NCBI RefSeq assembly: GCF_037447015.1
Contig: NZ_JBBIHK010000005.1
Coordinates: forward strand, 15,437 to 79,436
Reading direction: 5' to 3'
From: Nitrososphaera sp.
GTDB lineage: Archaea; Thermoproteota; Nitrososphaeria; Nitrososphaerales; Nitrososphaeraceae
Length of the DNA stretch: 64,000 nt
A program made the translations under genes and the position numbers. The notes under the pieces were generated by a model. It saw only the letters and a program-made list of their open reading frames with translations, searched no databases and was not told where the DNA came from. Below, one piece after another: positions 33,823-43,074 of the stretch (position 1 is its first letter; each line of letters begins with the position of its first letter).

Positions 33823-34947
33823 CGGCGGAGAGGGGGCTGCGGGAGGGGACGGGACGGTAGGAGAAGAGGAAGAGCCTCCGGCGGCGCTGCTCTGCATCTT
33901 TTTCCTCAAGCGCTTGCGCTCTGTGAACATTACGATTGCAAGGTAGACGCCAAGCCAGGGCAGGAACATTATCTCGCCTGCCACCGAGTGGAAAGCCTCC
34001 CACTCCTTGACGTTCGTGGTCACGACGAGCGCGTAGAACGACAGGGCGATGATGCGTACCACGTTCACCATGGCCGTCCCAAACGTGCCTATTGCAAAGT
34101 AGACCAGCTTGCGGCGGAGCGGGATCTCCATCTTTAGGAGGAACGCAAGCATGACCAGCGTGTAGATTATCATGCTGTGCACGCCGGCCGAAGGCCAGAA
34201 CACCTGCAGGGCAAACGGCCCCTTGAGCCCGTTGAGGACTAGCATGTTGTCCCGGGCTGTCGCTACGGAACCTTTGCCGATGTCCATGATGTTCTGGTCC
34301 ACAAACCGGATCACGGCCTGGTCTATCTGCAGATAGATGGGCACGATGAACTGGAGCGGGCCCAGAGTGTCGTACGGAAAGAACGCGTCAAGCGACAGTA
34401 TGACTGCAGTCCCTGCCAGGTACAGGACGCCGGCAGGGGCAATCTTGTACCACTTTTTGCCAAAGAGCACGGCAAGCGACGTGCCGGCGAACAGGGCCAT
34501 CACAAGATAGTCCCACATCCACACCCAGCTGCCAATGACTTCTTTGCGTATGTCGTACGACAGCCCCACCTCCCTTATGGAATCCCGCAGGCCATAAGGC
34601 AGGGCGGCAAAATACGCTATAGCGATTGCGGCAAGTGCCACCACTATCAGGAACTTTTTCTGGCTGACAGGCTGCCTGATCCCTATCAGCTCGGCCGCAA
34701 TGAACGCCATGGCAAAGATAAAGCCGCCCCTGCCCTCGTTCCATGCGAGCTCGAACGTGTCAGAGTAGAGGACGAGCGTGAAAATTATGGGCGAAATGAG
34801 CACCAGCGTGACTGCGACGCTGGAGTTGAGCCCAAATATCGTAGTAGTGGTGGTGGTGTTGCCGGGCGCCGGGACTGTCTTTTCCTCTCTGCCTCCTGTT
34901 GCCGATACCAACTGCGTGTACTGGTATGCAGTGTGCTGGCACCGCAT
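33817..34947 (-). CDS. exosortase/archaeosortase-family membrane protein (Ser at the expected Cys position)
   Basis: Polytopic. The family Arg (MVNVVRIIAL) and His (FHSVAGEIMF) contexts are present, but the expected C-x-G context reads FWPSAGVHSM. Ser/Pro-rich C-terminal tail. Confidence 0.6.
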   Translation of the reverse strand: MRCQHTAYQYTQLVSATGGREEKTVPAPGNTTTTTTIFGLNSSVAVTLVLISPIIFTLVLYSDTFELAWNEGRGGFIFAMAFIAAELIGIRQPVSQKKFLIVVALAAIAIAYFAALPYGLRDSIREVGLSYDIRKEVIGSWVWMWDYLVMALFAGTSLAVLFGKKWYKIAPAGVLYLAGTAVILSLDAFFPYDTLGPLQFIVPIYLQIDQAVIRFVDQNIMDIGKGSVATARDNMLVLNGLKGPFALQVFWPSAGVHSMIIYTLVMLAFLLKMEIPLRRKLVYFAIGTFGTAMVNVVRIIALSFYALVVTTNVKEWEAFHSVAGEIMFLPWLGVYLAIVMFTERKRLRKKMQSSAAGGSSSSPTVPSPPAAPSPPS

Positions 34948-34987
34948 AAAAACGTTCTAGGGTTTCTCTCTTACCCCTATCATATCC

Positions 34988-36703
34988 TTACTTTTGGACG
35001 ATGGCTTCGCTGAACCACCTAGGCACCATGTCCTGTGCGCTCTTGAGCAAAAAGCTGACGCTCTCGTCCAGTATGTACGTCTTGGCGTGGTCGTCCTTGG
35101 ACCGCACGCTGCGGCCGTACGACTGGACAAGCCTGAGCACAGTGTACCACGTGTACCACCTGGGGTCGCGCTCTTTCATCTTGGACACCTTTTTGTCAGT
35201 CAGGTCTGGATAGGGCACCTTGACAATTATCTGAAAGCGCGACAGGTCGTCCTTCAGGTCGACCCCCTGGTGCATCGAAGGCGATATGAGGACTGTCGGC
35301 CTCTTGCTCTGCCTGTGCTTTTCAAGCACCTCCTCCCTGCCAAGCGCCGAGCCCGTCTCTATCAGCCGCGACCGGTTTTCAGGGCTGACGCCGTCGCGGA
35401 TGCGCTGCAGCTGCGAATACGACGTGGTGTGGATGATGCCCTTGTCGTTTTTGTGCATCATCAGGATGCTGTCGACTGCCTTGACTATCTTGGGCATGCT
35501 CTCTTCCATGCTGCGGGCGTTGAGCCAGGCCACGTTCATCATGTGGATCGGCCTGTTCTTGACCGGAAAGTCCGACTCGCCCACCCTGACGAACTTGACC
35601 TGGTCAGGTTTGAGCCCTGTCACCTTGCACAGATATTCCTTGCTCAGGATGGTGGCGCTCATGAAAAACGAGATCGTGCCCTTGTCCAGTATCTCGCCAA
35701 AATAGCCGGAGGTCTCTAGCGGCGTCATGGTAGCCCGCACAAGCTCGTTGCTGTGGTGCGGGTCGCGCTGGACGCTTGACACTATCCAGTTCTTTTTGCT
35801 CGACCGCATGTCGTGCAATACAGACGCCAGGTTCTTTTCCCGCGCAATGGCGTCTATCAGGTTGCGCTCGGTGTACGGCTCGGCTATCCGCCCGCGCTCG
35901 ATTGCATCTGTGGCCTGCTCTATGAATTTCAGCAGCTTGTCGTGCAGGTTGGAGCAAAAGTCGATCCAGGTGTCGATCTCCTCGACGTTCTTGCCATCAG
36001 GCATCTGCACCCGGGGCAGGAAGCGCAGCGCGCTCTTGTGGACAGTGAAACTCCTAAAGTCGCCGACCTCTGACTCGATCTGGTGCGCCTCGTCAAGCAC
36101 CAGGAGCTTGCGGCGGGGCGTCGTCCCCGTGTAGAATATGTCTGACAGAAAGTAGCGGTAGTTGTAGACTGCATGGCTGGCCTTTGCCCCGATCCATCGC
36201 TGGTGGAAATAGTGGCAGGGCCGCCATTGCAGCTCCACCAGCTTGGACTTTTTCTGCAGGTTCTTGACGTACTCGCGCTCTGCAAGCGGGTCGAGCTGCA
36301 CAAGCTCGCCGGGCGTGCCTTCGCCGACCACCTTGTAGTCGAGCAGGCGGGTCTTGAACGCGCAGTCGTAGCTGTCGTCCTGCACGCACGGGCCGTACTC
36401 GCAGCTCTCGTCAAGGCCCATGTCCTCCTTGACGACGCACGGAAAGTTGCCCCGCCCCTTTACCTCAAAGACGAACGGAAAGTCGCGCCTGTACTGCGCC
36501 TGCAGGTCCTTGGTAGCCGTGCATATGTGCGAGCTGCCAAGGTAGCGGGCCAGGGCTATTGCTACCGGCGTCTTGCCAAATCCGGTGGGCGCCTCCAGAA
36601 ATATCGTCCTGTACCCTGATTTGAGCGCCGACTCGATCTCTAGCAGGACGGTGCGCTGCCTGTCGCGCATCTGGTCAAACGGAAAGTACGAGAGTATCGA
36701 CAA
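34988..36703 (-). CDS. XPD/Rad3/DinG-family FeS DNA helicase
   Basis: Walker A EAPTGFGKT, DEAH box LVLDEAHQIE, and a 4-Cys cluster region (FPCVV...SCEYGPCVQDDSYDC) between motifs I and II. Confidence 0.85.
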   Translation of the reverse strand: MSILSYFPFDQMRDRQRTVLLEIESALKSGYRTIFLEAPTGFGKTPVAIALARYLGSSHICTATKDLQAQYRRDFPFVFEVKGRGNFPCVVKEDMGLDESCEYGPCVQDDSYDCAFKTRLLDYKVVGEGTPGELVQLDPLAEREYVKNLQKKSKLVELQWRPCHYFHQRWIGAKASHAVYNYRYFLSDIFYTGTTPRRKLLVLDEAHQIESEVGDFRSFTVHKSALRFLPRVQMPDGKNVEEIDTWIDFCSNLHDKLLKFIEQATDAIERGRIAEPYTERNLIDAIAREKNLASVLHDMRSSKKNWIVSSVQRDPHHSNELVRATMTPLETSGYFGEILDKGTISFFMSATILSKEYLCKVTGLKPDQVKFVRVGESDFPVKNRPIHMMNVAWLNARSMEESMPKIVKAVDSILMMHKNDKGIIHTTSYSQLQRIRDGVSPENRSRLIETGSALGREEVLEKHRQSKRPTVLISPSMHQGVDLKDDLSRFQIIVKVPYPDLTDKKVSKMKERDPRWYTWYTVLRLVQSYGRSVRSKDDHAKTYILDESVSFLLKSAQDMVPRWFSEAIVQK

Positions 36704-36725
36704 TGGCGATGCATGCGCGTTAGAG

Positions 36726-37919
36726 CTACGTACTTTTTAAGGTTGGGTCTTTCTTTTCGCCTTTTTCTCTTCCTCCTTCTTCTCCCTCGAGCCAGCACCG
36801 GACATAGCCTGTCGGCGTCTCGAATTCCGGCGGGTCTTTTTTGCACACTTCCATCGCGTGCGGGCACCGGGGATAGAACCGGCAGCCAGCAGGAGGGTCA
36901 AGCAGGCTCGGCGGGCTGCCGGGGATGAACCTGATGCGCTTTTCCATTCCGCCGCCACCGGCCGGACGCAGGCGCGGGACTGCGGCCAGCAGGGCCTGCG
37001 TGTAGGGGTGCCGGGGGTTTTTGTAGATCTCTTCCCTTGACCCAAGCTCGACCAGCTGGCCGGCGTACATTATCCCTATCTTGGTCGCAATCTGCGACAC
37101 GAGGGCAAGGTCGTGCGTTATCAGTATGACGGTTACGCCTTTTTCCCTGCGCAGCCTGTTCAGCAGGGAAATAATCTGCGACTGGACTAGTACGTCAAGA
37201 GCAGTCGTCGGCTCGTCTGCCACCAGGATGTCTGGCTCGAGCAGGAGTGCCATGGCTATCACGACGCGCTGCTTCATGCCGCCGGACAGCTCGTGCGGGT
37301 ACCGCCGCGCTATCGACGGGTCGAGGCCGACCTGCGCAAGCGACTCTGACACCTTGGCCTCCCTGTCGCCCTCAAAGCCGTGCTCGTCCAGTATCTCCTT
37401 CAGCTGGTCGCCGATGGTATAGACCGGGTCGAGCGCGTTCATCGCCCCCTGAAAGACCATCGCGATCTTTTTCCACCGAACCTGACGGTCAAAGTCACGG
37501 TCTGAAAGCGCGGCCACGTCTTTGCCGTCAAGCACTATCTGCCCTGCCACTATCCTGCCGGGCGCCTGCATCGAGCGCATGAGGGCGGCGCCAAGCGTGC
37601 TCTTGCCGCAGGCAGACTCGCCCACGATGCCAAGCGAGTCGCCTTCTTCTTCCAGCTCAAAGTTTACGCCGTCTACCGCCTTGACCATTCCGCGCTCTGT
37701 AGCATAGTAGGCGGCAAGCCCTGTCACCGACAGCTTGCCTTTTTTCCCAACATCGCCTCTGTCGTCAGGGTTGGACTTGCGAGATGATCGGGATTGGGAC
37801 GGCGGGGGTGTGGGCGATGGCACGGCGGTGCGCTGATCCCGCTTGTACAAGTTGATATAAGAGGTTTTGTTGCGTGTGTGTGTATGTGTCTGTGCTACTG
37901 TTTTTTCGATGTGTAGCAC
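36726..37919 (-). CDS. ABC transporter ATP-binding protein, OppD/DppD type (no partner genes nearby)
   Basis: Walker A GESACGKST, signature LSGGMKQRV, Walker B ILVADEPTTALD, and the oligopeptide-type C-terminal domain (GCRFYPRCPHAMEVC). The start is uncertain, with an in-frame TTG at 37850. Confidence 0.85.
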   Translation of the reverse strand: MLHIEKTVAQTHTHTRNKTSYINLYKRDQRTAVPSPTPPPSQSRSSRKSNPDDRGDVGKKGKLSVTGLAAYYATERGMVKAVDGVNFELEEEGDSLGIVGESACGKSTLGAALMRSMQAPGRIVAGQIVLDGKDVAALSDRDFDRQVRWKKIAMVFQGAMNALDPVYTIGDQLKEILDEHGFEGDREAKVSESLAQVGLDPSIARRYPHELSGGMKQRVVIAMALLLEPDILVADEPTTALDVLVQSQIISLLNRLRREKGVTVILITHDLALVSQIATKIGIMYAGQLVELGSREEIYKNPRHPYTQALLAAVPRLRPAGGGGMEKRIRFIPGSPPSLLDPPAGCRFYPRCPHAMEVCKKDPPEFETPTGYVRCWLEGEEGGREKGEKKDPTLKST

Positions 37920-38287
37920 AGTATTGCGCCCAGCAGCACCAGCAGGCCCCCGACGTTTGAGCTCAGAAAGAGCATCAGCACTCCAAGTATTATCGCATGC
38001 ATTATCCTGCTGCTCTTGCCGGCCGCAATTTCCCGGTAAAAGTACAGGGCGACTACTGCAAAGACAAACCCGAGTATGATGAACGAGCTGAATATCGCAG
38101 TGATGCCAGAGCCTACTCCTGGAGGGCCTGAAAGCAGCGGTATCCCGGTCCAGCTGATGCCGGCAAGGATCAGTAGCGGGATGACGAACGAGACTATGGC
38201 GCCCACCTTGATGAGCAGGAGGCCCAGCTTGAAGTGGTCACGCCCCGGAGCGCCCTGCGGCATGGCAGGCTCTGGCGCGCCGGCCAC
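37895..38287 (-). CDS. polytopic membrane protein; in-frame upstream zinc-ribbon segment lacks a canonical start
   Basis: 130-aa track ORF with 4 TM helices. The frame stays open upstream to the TGA at 38408-38410 and encodes YCPNCGSPLPGDDALYCGRCG, with no ATG, GTG or TTG in frame. Confidence 0.6.
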   Translation of the reverse strand: MAGAPEPAMPQGAPGRDHFKLGLLLIKVGAIVSFVIPLLILAGISWTGIPLLSGPPGVGSGITAIFSSFIILGFVFAVVALYFYREIAAGKSSRIMHAIILGVLMLFLSSNVGGLLVLLGAILCYTSKKQ

Positions 38288-38596
38288 CCGGAAGCCGCAC
38301 CTGCCGCAATAGAGCGCATCATCGCCGGGAAGCGGCGAGCCGCAGTTCGGGCAGTACCTTGCACCATTACTGTTATTGCCGGCACTCAGAAGCGTTCTCC
38401 TCCCATCTCAATCGCAATGGCGTCCTTGTATCTCCAGATAGTAGTGGTAGTAGTAGGTAAGCAGATCGCTTATGCAGGACGGCAGTTGTGACGCGCACAG
38501 AGCAATTCTCCGGCCGGTACTGGTGTGCCCAGGCAAGTGTGCAATCCCCTCATGCATTATATAACCGTGGACCAAAACTAATGGAGCTTTACGGCT

Positions 38597-39124
38597 TTGA
38601 AGACTCCCATATGCTCCTTTGACGCCAAGACCGGCGTGCTGTGCGCCAAGTGCGAGGAAAAGCTGCGCTCGGGCCAGATAACCCAGGACGACGTCGACGC
38701 GTCTGTCAAGCTTACAAAGGCGGCAGGCAAGAGCCAGGAAATTGACAGGTTCACGCTCACCAAGGGTGCGCAGGTGGAAGGCGAGTTCGTGCTTGCGCTC
38801 AGGGGCCCGGACGTCCTTGCGATCAGGAGCAACCCTGCGCTTGCAGAAAAAGTAGAGAAAGAGTTCCGCCAGAAAGTCTGGTTCCTCGACTCTGAGGCGT
38901 CAGAGCGGGGCTTTATAGAAGGGCTGTTCCACCCGGCAAAGATAACGACTGTCAACCAGTTCTGGATGCCCGACGGCAGCAAGGTGACCAGGGTCATAGT
39001 GGCAGGCAGGGCCCCTTCTGCCGCTGCTGGTGGCCAGCAGAAAAAGCTGGACATCGAAAAGGTTCAAAAGATAGCCAGGGCAGTCAGGAACATGGAACTC
39101 TTGGTAGAGTTTGAGCAAAAGTAG
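38597..39124 (+). CDS. NusA-like KH-domain protein with N-terminal Cys pairs
   Basis: 175 aa. PICSFDAKTGVLCAKCEEKL followed by KH-like segments, resembling archaeal NusA-type KH proteins (recollection only). Confidence 0.55.
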   Translation: MKTPICSFDAKTGVLCAKCEEKLRSGQITQDDVDASVKLTKAAGKSQEIDRFTLTKGAQVEGEFVLALRGPDVLAIRSNPALAEKVEKEFRQKVWFLDSEASERGFIEGLFHPAKITTVNQFWMPDGSKVTRVIVAGRAPSAAAGGQQKKLDIEKVQKIARAVRNMELLVEFEQK

Positions 39125-39140
39125 AGGAATGTAGCAGGAC

Positions 39141-40460
39141 ATGGCAGAACAGCAGGACATACACAGGACCCATTTTGCGCGCCAGCTTGACGAGGGCCTG
39201 ATCGGCCAGCAGGTCAGGATAGGCGGCTGGATAGAAGACGTAAGGGACATCGGCAAGCTGGCGTTTGTTACGGTGCGCGACGCCACCGGCACGTGCCAGG
39301 CAATAGTGACAGGCGACATGGTGCAAAAGGCGGTGCAGGCGCCAAGGCAGAGCGCAGTCATACTTGCAGGCACGGTGCAAAAGAGCAGGGCAAAGGGCCT
39401 GCCTGTGGAAGTCAAGGTATCCGAGTTTACGGTATTGACAAGGGCGGTGCACCCGCTTCCCATAGACCCGACAGGGAGGGTCGAGTCGGCGTTTGACAAG
39501 CGCTTGGACGCCCGGGCGCTTGACCTGCGCAACCCCCGCGTGGCCGCGGTATTCCGGCTGCGCTCGGCCGGCCTTCAGGTGATCAGGGACACGCTTCGTG
39601 CAGAGGGTTTCATAGAGGTCAACACGCCCAAGATAATCGGGAGCGCAAGCGAGGGCGGCGCAAACCTCTTTGGGTTTGACTACTTCAAGCGCAAGGCGTA
39701 CCTTGCCCAGAGCCCGCAGCTGTACAAGGAGCAGCTCACCCTCGGGCTGGACAGGGTGTTCGAGATAGGGCCCTATTTCAGGGCCGAAAACTCGCACACC
39801 GTGCGCCACCTGTCAGAGTTTACAAGCGTCGATGTCGAGGCAGCGTTCCTCGACTATGAAGACGTGATGGACCTGGTCGAAAAGGTGGTGAGAAACGTCA
39901 TCTCTGCGTTCCAGGAAAAGCACGGGGTGGACCTGGAGCTGGCAACAGGCGGCAGTAATAATAATAGAATAGACCTCGCCCTTGGCGACAAAAAAATAGA
40001 CCGCCTGACGTACGAGCAGTGCCTCGACGAGCTTGCCAGAGAGGGCGAAAAGCTCTCCTTTGGCGACGACCTGTCAGATGCTGCCCTGCGCAAGCTGGGC
40101 GAGCTGCACAGGGGCTTTTACTTTATCATGGACTGGCCGCTCAAGCTCAAGCCGTTCTACATACACGAAAAGGAGAGCGACCCGCGCCTGTCCAAGTCGT
40201 TTGACCTGCAGCATGGATACCTGGAGCTTGCGTCAGGCGGCCGCAGGCTGCACGACCCGGAAAAGCTGAGGGCCCGGCTCGCAGAGCAGGGGCTCAACCC
40301 GGCCAGCTTTTCAGAGCACCTCAAGGTGTTTGACTGGGGCATGCCGCCACACTCTGGGTGGGGGCTTGGCTTTGACAGGCTGATGATGGTGCTCACAGGC
40401 TCGCAGAACGTGCGCGACGTGGTGCTCTATCCCCGCGACACGGACAGGCTCACGCCCTAA
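39141..40460 (+). CDS. aspS: aspartyl-tRNA synthetase (archaeal type, class IIb)
   Basis: OB-fold N-domain (VRIGGWIEDVRDIGKLAFVTVRD), motif 2 FRAENSHTVRHLSEFTSVDVE and motif 3 GLGFDRLMMVLTG. Confidence 0.95.
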   Translation: MAEQQDIHRTHFARQLDEGLIGQQVRIGGWIEDVRDIGKLAFVTVRDATGTCQAIVTGDMVQKAVQAPRQSAVILAGTVQKSRAKGLPVEVKVSEFTVLTRAVHPLPIDPTGRVESAFDKRLDARALDLRNPRVAAVFRLRSAGLQVIRDTLRAEGFIEVNTPKIIGSASEGGANLFGFDYFKRKAYLAQSPQLYKEQLTLGLDRVFEIGPYFRAENSHTVRHLSEFTSVDVEAAFLDYEDVMDLVEKVVRNVISAFQEKHGVDLELATGGSNNNRIDLALGDKKIDRLTYEQCLDELAREGEKLSFGDDLSDAALRKLGELHRGFYFIMDWPLKLKPFYIHEKESDPRLSKSFDLQHGYLELASGGRRLHDPEKLRARLAEQGLNPASFSEHLKVFDWGMPPHSGWGLGFDRLMMVLTGSQNVRDVVLYPRDTDRLTP

Positions 40461-40466
40461 CAAACA

Positions 40467-40895
40467 TCAGGGCGAGCCGGTGACAATCTCTACCTTTTTT
40501 ATGGCGCCGTCGTCGTCAAACACCCACGCGGAAAACCGGTTCTCTGTCGTCGAGTAGATGACCCAGACGACGGGGTTCACCTCCATAAAGCGCGCGTCCG
40601 TGCCAGAAGGCGAGGGCACAGACGGGTGAGAATGGAATATGCCCACCACGCCAAGGCCGCGCTCTTCTGCAGCCTGGTAAGCGCGCAGGACGTCGTCGGG
40701 GGCCATCGTAAACGAGACCCGGGACCTGTCGATGTTTTCCACCGGCAGCACCTCCCTGACTGCGATTGCTGCTGTTGCTTCATCCGCACCTGCCCCCAGC
40801 AGGAACGCGCACGACTCGGCGGGCAGCGACCTCTCGGCCAGCTCTTCCAGCTCGGCGAGCTGCTCTGCAGAAATCGAGATTGTTCGGGCTGTCAA
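40467..40895 (-). CDS. JAMM/MPN+ metalloprotease
   Basis: ESCAFLLG (Glu) plus FHSHPSVPSPSGTD, i.e. H-x-H-x7-S-x2-D. Confidence 0.85.
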   Translation of the reverse strand: MTARTISISAEQLAELEELAERSLPAESCAFLLGAGADEATAAIAVREVLPVENIDRSRVSFTMAPDDVLRAYQAAEERGLGVVGIFHSHPSVPSPSGTDARFMEVNPVVWVIYSTTENRFSAWVFDDDGAIKKVEIVTGSP

Positions 40896-40897
40896 GG

Positions 40898-42184
40898 TCA
40901 GCTGACGACGACTTTGCCGGTCATGAACGGGTGCAGCTGGCAGTAATAGTCGTATTCGCCGGCTTTCTCAAACACGAATGAGTACGACTGGCCCTTCTTC
41001 AAAAAGCCCGAGTCAAACACGCCGTCCGGTTTGACCGCCTTGGCGTCGCCAGAAGTCGCCGTGTGCAGCGCCGTGTCGTTGTTGGTCCACGTGACCATGC
41101 CGCCGACCACTGTCTCTACCTCTGCCGGCGAAAAGAACTCGCCGTTTGTGGGCGCAGACGCGCCAACCGGTATCGAGACGGCAGTCACCAGGTCTTCAGG
41201 TGCGTTTTCGCTGCCGCTTGTGCCGGCAGTGGTGGTGGCGGTGGCGGCAGCGCCACCTTCAGTTGCGTTGGCTTCGCCCTCTGCGGCAGCAGTGGTAGAG
41301 TTGCCTTCAGCCGCCTGGCCGCCGCTGGCAGGAGCTCCTCCCGCTGCTGCCCCTTCTACCACCTGCAGCGCTGCCCTCATGAAGGGGTGAAGTGTGCAAT
41401 AGTACTCGTATTCGCCCTCTTCAAGCGTCGAAGTGTCGAGCAGGTACGTCTTGCCGGCACTGATTATACTGGAATCGAAAAGCGGGTTTTCCTGAACATT
41501 GTGGGTGACCGTGTGCGGGGCGTTGTCGTTGTTGGTCCACTCTACCCCGTCGCCCTTGGTCACCACCACGGGATCGGGCGCATAGTCGGGGTTGTCCTGC
41601 GAGGACGCGCCTGCAAGGATCTCGGCCTTGACGATGTTTGCTGGCGCGGCTGCCGGCCCTTCACCGCCGGATGTCGCGTTCTGTCCTCCTCCTCCTGCTC
41701 CGCCCTCTGCCGCCGGCTCTTCTTCAGCGGGGGGCTTGGGCGCAACGAGGCCAAACGCGTAGAACGTGATGCCGGCCACTATTGCACCGCCGATGAATAT
41801 TGCTCCCATTGCCTTGACATACTGGGGCTTGCGGTACGCGATAAAAGCAAGGACGGAAGCCGGGATGCCAATGATCGTCATCAGGCCAATGTACGCAAAG
41901 ATTGACGGCACCTGGGTGCTGACCGTCACCGCCGCGGCCACGCCGAATGTTACGAGAAAGCCGAGCGTGAGAAATGTGGCAGACTTGGCCCTGCCCGAAG
42001 TTGGAAAGCCGTCTTTGAACAGGCCGGAGGCCAGAAAGATCATGCCAATAAACATGGTAAGGAGCGAGACGGCGTGCATCCCGTCGATAAACGTCTTGGC
42101 AATGCCAGAGAGGGAGATGCCGACGCCGGTGATTCCGATTGACGTGAGACCGATACCCGGGGTTAGCAGGTCCCAATCAGTCAT
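40898..42184 (-). CDS. polytopic membrane protein with two C-terminal cupredoxin (plastocyanin-like) domains
   Basis: Starts at ATG 42184 (MTDWDLLTPGIG). About 6 TM helices, then two type-1 copper sites (APHTVTH ... YYCTLHPFM and ALHTATS ... YYCQLHPFM). The upstream 265 aa of the 693-aa track ORF is antisense to the gene at 42276-43040 and was discarded. Confidence 0.85.
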   Translation of the reverse strand: MTDWDLLTPGIGLTSIGITGVGISLSGIAKTFIDGMHAVSLLTMFIGMIFLASGLFKDGFPTSGRAKSATFLTLGFLVTFGVAAAVTVSTQVPSIFAYIGLMTIIGIPASVLAFIAYRKPQYVKAMGAIFIGGAIVAGITFYAFGLVAPKPPAEEEPAAEGGAGGGGQNATSGGEGPAAAPANIVKAEILAGASSQDNPDYAPDPVVVTKGDGVEWTNNDNAPHTVTHNVQENPLFDSSIISAGKTYLLDTSTLEEGEYEYYCTLHPFMRAALQVVEGAAAGGAPASGGQAAEGNSTTAAAEGEANATEGGAAATATTTAGTSGSENAPEDLVTAVSIPVGASAPTNGEFFSPAEVETVVGGMVTWTNNDTALHTATSGDAKAVKPDGVFDSGFLKKGQSYSFVFEKAGEYDYYCQLHPFMTGKVVVS

Positions 42185-42275
42185 GTTTGAGTATGTGGAC
42201 TTTTTTGGCATAAATAATCTTTGCGCTGCAAACACGGCAGGCAAGCCGTCCACAGCAAAAGCATGGAAATAACCT

Positions 42276-43040
42276 GTGATCGGCTGCAACAAATGTTTAA
42301 ATATAGATTTAAATTCATACTCGGTGCTTTTGGGTCTGAAGGAAGAGGCGATTGAGAGCAGAGAGGAGGTCGTCTCCTCGAGGAACCGGGTCCTAAACGC
42401 CCTTTCGCAGCTTGGCGTCAACGTTACAGCGTTTGAAGGGCTCACCCTTGACCAGCTGACAGGCATATACATCGGCCTGCTGAGGGCCCAGCTCCCCGGC
42501 CCAAAAGATAGGCGGCAGCAACTTGATCCGGATGCGGGCCTCCTTTCTTTCAAGGACAGGCAGATACTTGGTATGATCGTTTCGTCAAAAAGGCCCGTTT
42601 CTTCCGTCCAGATTTCCCGCAAGCTTGGCATGCCGCTGACCACTGTCCAGAGGCGCAGGAAAAAGCTTGAAGAGGTATACCTGGAAAGCAGGCACGAGCT
42701 CAGGATCGATAGGCTTGGCTGGAAGACCGGCCACGTCTTTGTATCTGTTGCAGCAGCAAGCCCGGCAGAGGTGGGCAAGGCAATCCTTGGCATGCCCGGC
42801 GTGATCTCGGCGGTGCGCGTGATCTCTGGCAACAAGATAGACATCATAGCGATGGTGGCGTTCCGCAGCACGGCCGAGCTTGCAGAAATAATCGGCAGGA
42901 TCAGGTCTACGGCCGGCGTGCAGGAAGTGTCGTGGAGCGAGGTGATCGGGCCGATCGGCACAAACAGCGACTTTATCATCCAGACGAGAATAGACGGAGG
43001 AAAGCAAGAAGGGGTAACATCAGCTGCGGCAGCCAGGTAA
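42276..43040 (+). CDS. Lrp/AsnC-family regulator with N-terminal extension of about 90 aa
   Basis: HTH LSFKDRQILGMIVSSKRPVSSVQISRKLGMPLTTVQRRRKKLEE followed by a RAM-like domain. Paralogous to 43675-44451. Confidence 0.75.
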   Translation: MIGCNKCLNIDLNSYSVLLGLKEEAIESREEVVSSRNRVLNALSQLGVNVTAFEGLTLDQLTGIYIGLLRAQLPGPKDRRQQLDPDAGLLSFKDRQILGMIVSSKRPVSSVQISRKLGMPLTTVQRRRKKLEEVYLESRHELRIDRLGWKTGHVFVSVAAASPAEVGKAILGMPGVISAVRVISGNKIDIIAMVAFRSTAELAEIIGRIRSTAGVQEVSWSEVIGPIGTNSDFIIQTRIDGGKQEGVTSAAAAR

Positions 43041-43074
43041 CGCCTGTTGCGACATTGCCGCCTCTGCGCTGCCG

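Noticed and set aside
42185-42979. N-terminal 265 aa of the 693-aa ORF 40898..42979
   Set aside because: This part is antisense to the Lrp-like gene at 42276..43040 and is low complexity. The real protein starts at ATG 42184 (MTDWDLL) with its first TM helix.
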